In this document: one piece after another, positions 40,118 to 49,326 of the stretch | Position numbering within the stretch: position 1 is the stretch's first letter | How the letters are laid out: every line of letters starts with the position of its first letter | Source of the DNA: Candidatus Latescibacterota bacterium | GTDB taxonomy: Bacteria > Latescibacterota > CBDEFO01 | DNA: 64,000 nucleotides | Assembly: GCA_965248755.1 (NCBI GenBank) | Contig: OZ252149.1 | Span: forward strand, 416,001 to 480,000 | Reading direction: 5' to 3' | The notes under the pieces: model-generated | Told to the model about the DNA's origin: nothing | Databases searched by the model: none | What the model saw: only the letters and a program-made list of their open reading frames with translations | Program-made: the position numbers and the translations under genes

Positions 40118-40600
40118 ATGACTTTAGATAAAGACACAACCGATCTTCTGGCCAAAATAATCCCAACTTTGCTTACAATAGTGGGCGGTGCAATAGGCTG
40201 GTTTTTAAAATCACGATTAGAGGCCAAACGTCGGGCTGAGGATGCTCTTAGAGATCAACGGGGTAAGACCTATGTTGATATCCTGATGCCCTTTGCGAAG
40301 CTTTTCTCGGATCTGTCACCTAAAAGCCAACAAGCTGCTCTTCGCCAGCTAACATCAGCTGATTATCGGAAATTAGCTTTTCAGCTTGTTTTGATTGGCT
40401 CTGACGAAGTAGTCAATGCCTGGAACGAGATGTGGAATAAGGTCTATCAAGCGGAGAAGGGAACCTGCAAGAATACAGATGTGATTTTGGCATTTGGTGA
40501 TGTACTGCTGGCTATTCGAAGAGGCCTAGGAAACGATACTACGCGCCTGAGCAACAAAGATATCCTTAGGTGGTTGATCAAAGACGCTGACTCGTTGTAG
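40118..40600 (+). CDS. Hypothetical protein (N-terminal TM helix plus helical domain), cassette-like
   Basis: 160-aa ORF with lower GC and different codon usage than its flanks. Confidence 0.7.
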   Translation: MTLDKDTTDLLAKIIPTLLTIVGGAIGWFLKSRLEAKRRAEDALRDQRGKTYVDILMPFAKLFSDLSPKSQQAALRQLTSADYRKLAFQLVLIGSDEVVNAWNEMWNKVYQAEKGTCKNTDVILAFGDVLLAIRRGLGNDTTRLSNKDILRWLIKDADSL

Positions 40601-40628
40601 CAGAAAGAAAGCCTATTTCTCATGGAGG

Positions 40629-41246
40629 ATGACTACAATGAATTCTGCCAAGCTAACTCTTCAGGTATTATTGATCCTCACATTCACTGCTATAACTTCC
40701 ATCAGCACGGCACAGGAATTGTCAAAGCATGATGAGTCCGCCGAAGAAAGCACAGCATCTCGAATTCTAAAGTCCGCCGGGAGCTTATTGGTCAAAGAGT
40801 TCCATGTCTTACCTAATATTCGCTACAATATCAAATGTAAGATTTTGATCATTCGGAATTTGCTTGATTCTGCTGATGGCAAAGGGATCTATGTTGGTTT
40901 CAGCATTTCGGAAAAGGATGGCAACTATACACGCAGCTCAAATATTGATTCAGATGAAGTAGACGGGCTACTCGCATCCGTTGAGATATTTGAAAAACAG
41001 GGAGTTCAACTCATGAGTAACCCATTAGCCCATCCTCAAAGAGCGAGCTCAAGCTCTGTAGAAATAGCTTACACAACAAAAGATGGTCTTACGTTTGGCG
41101 TATATCGAAGTAAAGAAGAAATGAAGTACGCTTTGAGAATTACCAGGACATCTGATTGGATTTTGCTTAAGGATGATGAGGCTGCCAAATTTGTAGAAAA
41201 TCTGAAGGAAGCGAAAAAGGTAGCACAGCAAATCGCAGCACGCTAA
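40629..41246 (+). CDS. Exported hypothetical protein
   Basis: GGAGG RBS, signal peptide, low GC. Confidence 0.7.
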   Translation: MTTMNSAKLTLQVLLILTFTAITSISTAQELSKHDESAEESTASRILKSAGSLLVKEFHVLPNIRYNIKCKILIIRNLLDSADGKGIYVGFSISEKDGNYTRSSNIDSDEVDGLLASVEIFEKQGVQLMSNPLAHPQRASSSSVEIAYTTKDGLTFGVYRSKEEMKYALRITRTSDWILLKDDEAAKFVENLKEAKKVAQQIAAR

Positions 41247-41327
41247 AAACGCCAATGATCAGCTCGGTAACAAAGCGGCCTTGTCGTCCTGACAAGGCCA
41301 CATCCTACTACCCCAGGCCGCGACAAC

Positions 41328-41455
41328 ATTTAACAGCGCACTCCCGGCTCGCTTCGCTCGACCAAAATGGCCGTGACTGATTCATTGACTAATTGTAAAA
41401 ACCCTGATTCCTTTTCCGATGCATGCCCACTTCGGGAGTGCGCGGACCGTTGGGC
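41328..41455 (+). other. attC-like integron recombination site
   Basis: R'' ATTTAAC (41328-34), R' GTTGGGC (41449-55), perfect inner arms GCGCACTCCCG / CGGGAGTGCGC, 128 bp. Confidence 0.6.
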
Positions 41456-41555
41456 GAAAGAGCAAAGCAATAGTCTATCGAAAGTCTTAAATCGATATTG
41501 TCATATTTAACCGACACAAAACTATAACGCTATTCATCAAACAGGAGCGCGACCC

Positions 41556-41801
41556 ATGTCGGAAGAATATAGATTACATCTTCAAGTCAAGAGAGTAGAA
41601 AACGGCCAATTTTTAGCTACTTCGGATAACTTACCTGGTCTAGTCGCTCAAGGCAGAACTGTAGCCGAAACGGCAGAGATTGCGCAGGATGTGGCACGAA
41701 AACTGATCGAATCCTACCGTCAACAAGGTGATCCTCTCCCGGAAGGATTGCAGATGCTAGATACTGAGGTTGTTGAGCTGGACATACCGGTAGGAGCCTG
41801 A
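41556..41801 (+). CDS. hicB: HicB-family antitoxin
   Basis: FLATSDNLPGLVAQGRTVAET.EIAQDVARKLIE...GDPLP. Confidence 0.8.
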   Translation: MSEEYRLHLQVKRVENGQFLATSDNLPGLVAQGRTVAETAEIAQDVARKLIESYRQQGDPLPEGLQMLDTEVVELDIPVGA

Positions 41802-41902
41802 TGGGGCGCCTTGCAGGTCTCACATATCGACAGGTGACAAGAAAACACAGTAGCACATCTGCAAATTGGAGTGACCCCCACCTTATTGGCATATACAGAT
41901 GA
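41801..41902 (+). pseudogene. hicA: Truncated HicA toxin
   Basis: TGATG overlap with hicB; MGRLAGLTYRQVTRK resembles HicA N-termini, but the ORF stops at 33 aa without the GSH motif. Confidence 0.6.
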
Positions 41903-41981
41903 ACTCTTAGAATACCTCAACGAGCGCGGAGCCCCTGCTACGACCTGAAAGCCCATCCGCTATATGTGGAGAATTCTCAAG

Positions 41982-42467
41982 ATGCCCTCAGGAAGAATCC
42001 ACATAAGACTCGATCTCATGGTCCTGATAATATTCATTGGACTTTTGTACACATACAAACACCTGCTCAGCCAATTCAAAGATGAGGAGATACTCACGTT
42101 CATGATCGTCTTTGTCCTCTCCTACTCCTTCTCATCTCTATTCCTGTCACCTGACCTGGACCTTTTTAGATCTCGTTCCCGCACGAACTGGGGTATACTC
42201 ATAGTACTATGGTGGCCCTACTCCCACATATTCAGGCACAGAGGATTATCCCACTCAATAGTCTTCGGTACACTCACCAGAATTGTCTATCTTGCCCTTG
42301 TAGCCACAGCCCTGATAACGATCATAGACTACGTCTTTGACCTGCACATAGATATATCCAAAATCAAATTCAGAGATATAGACATTCGAATTGCAATTGC
42401 TGTTCTTATGGGACTTTATCTTTCCAACGTAATCCATATCTTGGCCGACCGTATAGCCAAAAGATAA
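41982..42467 (+). CDS. DUF2227 putative metal-binding membrane protein
   Basis: MPSGRIH, LSPDLDL, WWPY..IFRHRGLSHS, H.LAD. Confidence 0.85.
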   Translation: MPSGRIHIRLDLMVLIIFIGLLYTYKHLLSQFKDEEILTFMIVFVLSYSFSSLFLSPDLDLFRSRSRTNWGILIVLWWPYSHIFRHRGLSHSIVFGTLTRIVYLALVATALITIIDYVFDLHIDISKIKFRDIDIRIAIAVLMGLYLSNVIHILADRIAKR

Positions 42468-42480
42468 GAATAGGCAAAAG

Positions 42481-44682
42481 ATGAAGAGCAGACAGCAAGC
42501 AAGATGCACCATGCAGGTGGGAGGAAGCACCCTATCTACTGTCTACTGCCTTCTGTCTACTTGTTTGCCGTGTCTACTCCCTACTGTCTGCTGTCTACTT
42601 CTCTTAACGCTCATCGCACCCTCAGGGCTATCTGCCGACGATAGCTCATCCGTTCTTATCGAAATCCACTGGGATAATCTAAACGACCTCGCAACTATAG
42701 ATTCCTACAAGCTAGACGTGCGTCATTGCTCCCAGAACGCAGTCCTTGTATCCGTCCATCCGGATCAACTCCAATCTTTGAAAGATCAGAGCTGGGACGT
42801 CCAGATACTCGACCGAGGCGAGGGCCCTTTAGAGTATTACTCTGCCCTGTTGGAGCAGAGCCATTTTTCAGAGATATCCCGCTTCTGTCAGATCTTACAC
42901 AGCGCGACTACTCCGTACGGACCTGCGATCCTCAAAATATCTTCGGACGCCCTCTATCTCCTCGAACCTTACCTGCATGCACACTATATCCATCCACTTC
43001 CGCACAACATCAGCCTTAGGGGATGGTTCCCTCCTCCATCAGGCAAAATGGCGCTTCCGCACAAAGCCAGCCCTCGGATAGCGTCTCTTCTCCAGCAGGT
43101 AAGTGCAGAGAGAATAGAAAACGATGTAGCCAATTTGACCTACTTTGACATCACCAAAAATAACGGAAGATACAACAACGAAAAATCCAATCTCCGCACG
43201 AGATTTGCGCTCCGTCCCGAAACCCGCGACCACGCCGCAGGCTACATCATGAGTCAGCTCGAAGACGCCCTGCCGGGAGGATCGGTCGAGCTTATTCCCT
43301 TCGTGCGCAGCGGCTACGAAGAATATACGATGTACAACGTGGTTGGAACGCTACATGGACAGGAGCCCAGCTCTGGATACTACGCTATCGTGGGACACTA
43401 CGACTCTATTGGAGGCTCCGGCAAGGTAAATTGGGCAGGGTGGAGGACAGAACCTGCTCCGGGATCAGACGACAATGCCACTGGAATCGCCACCCTTATT
43501 GAGGCTGCAAGGATACTCTCCCAGTTGGAATTCCCCTGGACCATAAAATTCATAGCCTTCTCAGGAGAGGAACTGGGACTGTGGGGGAGTCTCAACTTCG
43601 TCAGCAACGCTACTAAAAGTGACGAGAACATTATCGGAGTCATCAATCTGGATATGTTAGGATTCAATAACCACTTTGACAGAGTCGAGATAGTGGCCAA
43701 CCGAAGCTCTTCTTGGATTATAGATCTTCTCCTTCAGGCGAAAGATACCTACGACATTGACCTCATAGTAGATACCCTCGTGGATCCCAATGCCGGATTC
43801 AGCGACCACGAAGCCTTCTGGAGATTCGGATACGACGCCGTTATGGGAATCGAGAATTTCCTGCCCAACAGACACGCCCTTCGGCCTGACACACTGGGTC
43901 ACTTTCCCCAGTTCAACAGGCACTTTCACACCATAAACGACGTTGCCGACAGCCTCAATTTCCCTTTAGTAGCCAAAGTGGCAAAGCTCTGCGTAGCTGG
44001 TCTTGCCCAGTTAGCCATCGGAGAGGAACCCCAGGATGAAATGCCCGACCTTGCCATCTTCGGACGCGACGAGCGCGAAGTCGGCGCCTTAAAGGGTCAC
44101 GTCCGCTTCTCCGAACAGGAAGAAGCCCTCATAGTCCCCGTAAACAACATCAGCACATCATCAGTAGAGAAAGACTTTACTGTTAAACTCTCAATCTGTA
44201 AACCGGACTCCACAGAATGCACAACAATTTTGTCCAAAAGGGTTAATGCCCCCATTTCTGGTGGCGGCAATTACGTCTTCAAAGTCCCTTGGAACAGACC
44301 CGGCGATGTAAACCTCCTTATCCAAGTAGATCCTGACAACGAAGTAGCTGAGGAAAAAGAGGATAACAACACTATCTACCAAGCGCTGCAATATATGTCC
44401 CCTAAACCGATAGTATATCCCAATCCCTTTATCATCTCCCGAACAGAAGGCGCCAGAGTTACCTTTTCCGGTCTTCCCATAAGATCCAACGTGTCAATAT
44501 TCACACTATCTGGAGAGCTTATATGGGAAAAACAGGACTTTCGAAGGGACAGATTCCTCAAATGGGACGGCACAAACACAGAGGGCTTCTTCATCGCATC
44601 AGGTACTTACTTCTACATAATAAGGGACCAACACGGCGATAAAGTAGAGACAGGAAAGATAGCCGTTATAAGACAGAACTGA
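42481..44682 (+). CDS. Exported M28 metallopeptidase with CARDB-like and FlgD/T9SS-like C-terminal domains
   Basis: GHYDS, GSDDNATG, FSGEELGLWGS, NLDM, SDH..FW; VDPDNEV.E..EDNN; YPNPF...IFTLSGE...WDG.N..G...ASGTYFY. Confidence 0.85.
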   Translation: MKSRQQARCTMQVGGSTLSTVYCLLSTCLPCLLPTVCCLLLLTLIAPSGLSADDSSSVLIEIHWDNLNDLATIDSYKLDVRHCSQNAVLVSVHPDQLQSLKDQSWDVQILDRGEGPLEYYSALLEQSHFSEISRFCQILHSATTPYGPAILKISSDALYLLEPYLHAHYIHPLPHNISLRGWFPPPSGKMALPHKASPRIASLLQQVSAERIENDVANLTYFDITKNNGRYNNEKSNLRTRFALRPETRDHAAGYIMSQLEDALPGGSVELIPFVRSGYEEYTMYNVVGTLHGQEPSSGYYAIVGHYDSIGGSGKVNWAGWRTEPAPGSDDNATGIATLIEAARILSQLEFPWTIKFIAFSGEELGLWGSLNFVSNATKSDENIIGVINLDMLGFNNHFDRVEIVANRSSSWIIDLLLQAKDTYDIDLIVDTLVDPNAGFSDHEAFWRFGYDAVMGIENFLPNRHALRPDTLGHFPQFNRHFHTINDVADSLNFPLVAKVAKLCVAGLAQLAIGEEPQDEMPDLAIFGRDEREVGALKGHVRFSEQEEALIVPVNNISTSSVEKDFTVKLSICKPDSTECTTILSKRVNAPISGGGNYVFKVPWNRPGDVNLLIQVDPDNEVAEEKEDNNTIYQALQYMSPKPIVYPNPFIISRTEGARVTFSGLPIRSNVSIFTLSGELIWEKQDFRRDRFLKWDGTNTEGFFIASGTYFYIIRDQHGDKVETGKIAVIRQN

Positions 44683-44773
44683 TTCAATTATTCTATGAAC
44701 ACCGATCTGAAACGGGCTGTAAACGATATACGAAACCAGATTCGGAAGACTCATAGAGAGGGAGCGTCACAAA

Positions 44774-45583
44774 GTGAACCCCATAATCACACTTACCACA
44801 GACTTCCACGACCAGGACTATTTCGTGGGAGCCATGAAAGGCGTCATCTTGAATATCAATCCCGAAGCACGAATCATAGACATCAGCCATAAGATACCCC
44901 CCCATGACATTATGGATGCCGCCTTTGTTCTCCTAAACGCCTGTCTTCACTTTCCCAAAGATACAATTCATATAGCCGTCGTAGACCCAGGAGTCGGAGG
45001 AGAGAGAAAAGCCATCATTCTCCAGACCGATCGCTATACCTTTGTAGGACCCGACAACGGCATATTCAGCCTCGTCTTGGAAGACACCCAGAAAAAGGAC
45101 GCTTACGAGATCTCCAATCCCGATTTAACGCTTCCCGATGTAAGCGACACCTTCCACGGCCGCGATATCTTTGCCCCCGCCGCAGCGCATCTATCTAAAG
45201 GAGTAAGTCCCCCACAATTTGGTCCCAGACTCTCGCAAATAGTTCAACTGCCCATCCCCGAACCTACGATCTTTCAGGATGTGCTCACGTGCCACGTCAT
45301 CCACATAGACGCCTTTGGCAATCTCGTCACAGACATCTCCAAAGACAAATTCTACACCTTTACCTCGAACCATCACTTCCGGATACTGGCTGGCCAACAC
45401 TCCACAAACTCTATTTCCCACTCGTATGCAGAAACGGCACGACCACCACGAGGGGAAAAACAAAAGCCCCTTGCTATATTTGGAAGCGCGGGACTTCTGG
45501 AAATATCCGTTACGGACGGAAATGCTCACAAGATCTTAAACATAAAAAGAGATGATCTCATTAAGATCGAACGCGGGAGATAA
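44774..45583 (+). CDS. SAM hydroxide adenosyltransferase (DUF62; SAM hydrolase/halogenase family)
   Basis: ITLTTDF, VVDPGVGG.R, FVGPDNG, TFHGRDIFAP, HIDAFGN, LLEIS. Confidence 0.9.
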   Translation: MNPIITLTTDFHDQDYFVGAMKGVILNINPEARIIDISHKIPPHDIMDAAFVLLNACLHFPKDTIHIAVVDPGVGGERKAIILQTDRYTFVGPDNGIFSLVLEDTQKKDAYEISNPDLTLPDVSDTFHGRDIFAPAAAHLSKGVSPPQFGPRLSQIVQLPIPEPTIFQDVLTCHVIHIDAFGNLVTDISKDKFYTFTSNHHFRILAGQHSTNSISHSYAETARPPRGEKQKPLAIFGSAGLLEISVTDGNAHKILNIKRDDLIKIERGR

Positions 45584-45606
45584 CAAGCAGATTTGTTCTT
45601 TCCCTG

Positions 45607-46008
45607 TCAACTGAAAATCACTTCCTCCATCCTCTCTATCCTCCTTTCAAAAGTCTCAATATCGACGCTTTCTACACCATTCTTTGAAAGAACGCTCAGG
45701 CCCAATCTTATCTCCTTCAATTCCTTTTCAATGTAATTCATCTGTCTTCCCAACTTTGCGTTAATCTCCCTGCCCTCATTTATTCCCATCTCCATCCCCT
45801 GTACCTTCATCTTCAGAAGATCGTGATCCATCTCAACATCCGAAATGTCCGATTCAGAGGAAAAGTACTCCTCCCTGATCCTGGAAAGGTCATCCTGTAT
45901 CTTCAAGAACTGATTGGCAATCATCGTAGCTAATTTTTCCTGAGATTTGCTCACAATCTCGTGTACTACGTCCCTGATCTGCATAAGATCCTCATTTTCT
46001 ATAGGCAT
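45607..46008 (-). CDS. Coiled-coil hypothetical protein
   Basis: GGAGG RBS, 133 aa with heptad pattern. Confidence 0.6.
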   Translation of the reverse strand: MPIENEDLMQIRDVVHEIVSKSQEKLATMIANQFLKIQDDLSRIREEYFSSESDISDVEMDHDLLKMKVQGMEMGINEGREINAKLGRQMNYIEKELKEIRLGLSVLSKNGVESVDIETFERRIERMEEVIFS

Positions 46009-46083
46009 CTTTTCCTCCCAAATTTTTTTGTGGTTCCATACCGCTCCCCTTGACAGAGCGACAAATATTTCGCAAATTGGGGT

Positions 46084-46413
46084 TTGAGAAGGGAGGTCAA
46101 GGTGTCGAGCCCCGAAGTGAAAGATGGTAAGCGCTGGACGGCGACCCGTAAGGGAGAGATTGTGTTGGCTCTTTTGAGAGGAGCAGATCTATCTGAGGTG
46201 TGTCGTAAGAATGGAATTAGCCAGTCGCAGGCGTATGCTTGGCGTGATAGTTTCTTAGAAGGGGGCCAGGAGAGTCTGAAGTCTCGGCGTGGTCGCAAGG
46301 ATCCGAAGGAGCGAGAGGTTAGCCGGTTGGAGCGCAAGGTAGGGCAGTTGACGCTCCAGTTGGAGATACTCGAAGAGGTAGCCCGTCTAAAAAAAACGAA
46401 GCGGTTGCCTTGA
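46084..46413 (+). CDS. IS3 OrfA (HTH); probable GTG start at 46102
   Basis: VCRKNGISQSQAYAWR HTH, leucine zipper; A_AAA_AAA slippery site at 46389-95. Confidence 0.88.
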   Translation: MRREVKVSSPEVKDGKRWTATRKGEIVLALLRGADLSEVCRKNGISQSQAYAWRDSFLEGGQESLKSRRGRKDPKEREVSRLERKVGQLTLQLEILEEVARLKKTKRLP

Positions 46414-47249
46414 GTGGGCGGTTTTTGGGTCGAGGCTATTCCCGCAAGGTGGTAGCTTTGGCTTTGGGTTTGCATCGTTCGACTCTGTATAGGTTTAGGG
46501 ATAGAGGTGTCAGTTCTTCTGTTAAAGAGCCTGTGATAGATGAGGAGCTTGCTTTTCGTATTCGAGGGATACTGGACCAAGAAGAGGCATTTGGTCACAG
46601 GCGGGTTTGGGCGCATCTTCGTTTCAAGGAAGGGGAATGTGTCAACGTTAAGAAGGTTCATAGGATAATGAAGCTTAAGGGGTGGCAGTGTAAGCTGTGG
46701 AATCGTCCCGGGAGAAAGGGGCCACAGGTTGCCCAGAAGCGTTCTGTGGTGGATAGTCCCGACAGTTTGTGGTCGAGTGACTTGACAAAGATTTACTGTG
46801 GAAAAGATGGTTGGTGTCCTCTTATTGCGGTGGTGGACAACGGAAGCCGGGAGGTTCCTGGGTATCGTTTTAGTCGAAAAGGGAGGGCACTGGAGGCCAC
46901 AGATGCCCTGGATCGGGCCGTGATCTCTCGATACACTTCCAAGGAGGCTGTCCCCCAGGGTCTCACTTTGCGCTCTGACAATGGTTCCATCTTTTTGGCT
47001 CGGGCCTATTTGGCCAGTACCGAATATTGGGGAATTCGTCAGGAATACATACCAAGTGGTAAACCCGATTGGAACGGTGTTGTAGAGCGTTTTTTCAGGA
47101 CCCTCAAGCAAGAGTGTGTTTGGCTTCACAAGTTTGAATCCTTTGAACAGGCTGAGAAGATCATATCTCAGTGGATCGATAATTACAACAAGAACAGGCT
47201 TCATTCATCCCTGGGATACAAGACCCTGCAAGAATGGAGAAAACAATAA
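46410..47249 (+). CDS. IS3 OrfB DDE transposase (-1 frame), 8 aa shorter than in copy 2
   Basis: WSSD, RSDNGS.F, NGVVERFFRTLKQE, YN..RLHSSLGY. Confidence 0.9.
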   Translation: MSGRFLGRGYSRKVVALALGLHRSTLYRFRDRGVSSSVKEPVIDEELAFRIRGILDQEEAFGHRRVWAHLRFKEGECVNVKKVHRIMKLKGWQCKLWNRPGRKGPQVAQKRSVVDSPDSLWSSDLTKIYCGKDGWCPLIAVVDNGSREVPGYRFSRKGRALEATDALDRAVISRYTSKEAVPQGLTLRSDNGSIFLARAYLASTEYWGIRQEYIPSGKPDWNGVVERFFRTLKQECVWLHKFESFEQAEKIISQWIDNYNKNRLHSSLGYKTLQEWRKQ

Positions 47250-47603
47250 TATCTGCTACCCCAAGTTGCTTAATCGGTGTCGCTTTCCAGGGGGGCAGTA
47301 CAGTTCTGAATGCTGCACCCAGAAGATCTGCAAAATAATTAAACTGAACAGAAAGCGCCCGGCCCTGATTATGATCCACCCATACGGCCCTTTCCATCTT
47401 GAAATCTGAGCCTGTGTGGTGAAAATTATCGTAATATCTGTCCCAGCAGCTGTGCCCAAGCGTCTTGCTCAAGTTACTTCACCATACGAAACATATCCTA
47501 AGCCTTTATGACACTTGAAGATGTGCAGCCGCTCAAGATTTAGTGTTCTATTAAGTTATTATAAAACAATATATTATATCCATATAGTAATTGTTTATTG
47601 TCC

Positions 47604-47746
47604 ACACTTGACAGTGTATATGACCTATGGCTATAAGCCGCTTACACTTGCGGAGATACACACACCAGGCAGTGTATTTGTCCCACTACACAGTGTGATC
47701 TTCTCACGCCAGCATAGGATATACACACTATTGAGTGTGTTGTCAA
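47604..47746. promoter_or_regulatory. Four ACACT-N4-AGTGT operators with face-to-face promoters
   Basis: Sites at 47604-17, 47662-75, 47683-96, 47725-38; TTGACA on plus at 47608 and on minus at 47746. Confidence 0.65.
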
Positions 47747-47907
47747 GGAAAAAATGTTTCTTTCTAAAACAATTTCAAAAATCGTTCGCCCAAATATATA
47801 GAACACCTGCATAGCACTTTTTTCTTGGCTTAATTCGAGTTTTGGATTAAATTACTGTTAGGATTCCATATTTAAGTTACATTTCCACTCTTTGGAAGGG
47901 ATTACAG

Positions 47908-48001
47908 ATGACACTTGGAGAAATTATCAGAGAGGAAAGGAAAAACAGATTTAGCCAGAGGGAATTGGGCGACCGCATAGGCGTATGGGATACCTACAAG
48001 A
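47908..48001 (+). pseudogene. Truncated XRE-family HTH regulator
   Basis: MTLGEIIREERKNRFSQRELGDRIGVWDTY, interrupted by IS copy 2. Confidence 0.7.
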
Positions 48002-48048
48002 CATACCGCTCCCCTTGACAGAGCGACAAATATTTCGCAAATTGGGGT

Positions 48049-48378
48049 TTGAGAAGGGAGGTCAAGGTGTCGAGCCCCGAAGTGAAAGATGGTAAGCGCT
48101 GGACGGCGACCCGTAAGGGAGAGATTGTGTTGGCTCTTTTGAGAGGAGCAGATCTATCTGAGGTGTGTCGTAAGAATGGAATTAGCCAGTCGCAGGCGTA
48201 TGCTTGGCGTGATAGTTTCTTAGAAGGGGGCCAGGAGAGTCTGAAGTCTCGGCGTGGTCGCAAGGATCCGAAGGAGCGAGAGGTTAGCCGGTTGGAGCGC
48301 AAGGTAGGGCAGTTGACGCTCCAGTTGGAGATACTCGAAGAGGTAGCCCGTCTAAAAAAAACGAAGCGGTTGCCTTGA
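48049..48378 (+). CDS. IS3 OrfA
   Basis: Identical to copy 1 OrfA. Confidence 0.88.
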   Translation: MRREVKVSSPEVKDGKRWTATRKGEIVLALLRGADLSEVCRKNGISQSQAYAWRDSFLEGGQESLKSRRGRKDPKEREVSRLERKVGQLTLQLEILEEVARLKKTKRLP

Positions 48379-49238
48379 GTGGGCGGTTTTTGGGTCGAGG
48401 CTATTCCCGCAAGGTGGTAGCTTTGGCTTTGGGTTTGCATCGTTCGACTCTGTATAGGTTTAGGGATAGAGGTGTCAGTTCTTCTGTTAAAGAGCCTGTG
48501 ATAGATGAGGAGCTTGCTTTTCGTATTCGAGGGATACTGGACCAAGAAGAGGCATTTGGTCACAGGCGGGTTTGGGCGCATCTTCGTTTCAAGGAAGGGG
48601 AATGTGTCAACGTTAAGAAGGTTCATAGGATAATGAAGCTTAAGGGGTGGCAGTGTAAGCTGTGGAATCGTCCCGGGAGAAAGGGGCCACAGGTTGCCCA
48701 GAAGCGTTCTGTGGTGGATAGTCCCGACAGTTTGTGGTCGAGTGACTTGACAAAGATTTACTGTGGAAAAGATGGTTGGTGTCCTCTTATTGCGGTGGTG
48801 GACAACGGAAGCCGGGAGGTTCCTGGGTATCGTTTTAGTCGAAAAGGGAGGGCACTGGAGGCCACAGATGCCCTGGATCGGGCCGTGATCTCTCGATACA
48901 CTTCCAAGGAGGCTGTCCCCCAGGGTCTCACTTTGCGCTCTGACAATGGTTCCATCTTTTTGGCTCGGGCCTATTTGGCCAGTACCGAATATTGGGGAAT
49001 TCGTCAGGAATACATACCAAGTGGTAAACCCGATTGGAACGGTGTTGTAGAGCGTTTTTTCAGGACCCTCAAGCAAGAGTGTGTTTGGCTTCACAAGTTT
49101 GAATCCTTTGAACAGGCTGAGAAGATCATATCTCAGTGGATCGATAATTACAACAAGAACAGGCTTCATTCATCCCTGGGATATAAGACCCCAAAAGAGT
49201 GGAGAAAACAATTTTATCTACTACCCCAGGTTGCTTAA
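48375..49238 (+). CDS. IS3 OrfB DDE transposase, full length
   Basis: DDE motifs; C-terminus LGYKTPKEW. Confidence 0.9.
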   Translation: MSGRFLGRGYSRKVVALALGLHRSTLYRFRDRGVSSSVKEPVIDEELAFRIRGILDQEEAFGHRRVWAHLRFKEGECVNVKKVHRIMKLKGWQCKLWNRPGRKGPQVAQKRSVVDSPDSLWSSDLTKIYCGKDGWCPLIAVVDNGSREVPGYRFSRKGRALEATDALDRAVISRYTSKEAVPQGLTLRSDNGSIFLARAYLASTEYWGIRQEYIPSGKPDWNGVVERFFRTLKQECVWLHKFESFEQAEKIISQWIDNYNKNRLHSSLGYKTPKEWRKQFYLLPQVA

Positions 49239-49326
49239 TTGGTGTCGCTTTCCTGGGAAGCAGTACAAAGAAGGCTATTTATAATCGAAGATAGGTGCGA
49301 TAATCGAAGATGGGTGGTTGCCATAT

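Larger units (their letters stand above)
46037..47302 (+). mobile_element. IS3-family element, copy 1 (1266 bp, 4-bp TSD GTTC)
   Basis: Imperfect terminal inverted repeats CATACCGCTCCCCTTGACAGAGCGACA / TGTCGCTTTCCAGGGGGGCAGTACA; GTTC at 46033-36 and 47303-06. Confidence 0.93.
48002..49267 (+). mobile_element. IS3-family element, copy 2 (1266 bp, 4-bp TSD AAGA)
   Basis: Same element; AAGA at 47998-48001 and 49268-71. Confidence 0.93.

Noticed and set aside
44774..45583. Fluorinase or chlorinase
   Set aside because: It retains the Arg and the TFHGRD His typical of DUF62 SAM hydrolases, and there is no biosynthetic context.
45999..49169. Long minus-strand ORFs (401 aa, 391 aa) over the IS copies
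   Set aside because: Antisense shadows of orfA/orfB with no recognisable motifs.
46037..49267. Composite transposon formed by IS copies 1 and 2
   Set aside because: Each copy has its own 4-bp TSD (GTTC, AAGA), so they inserted independently.
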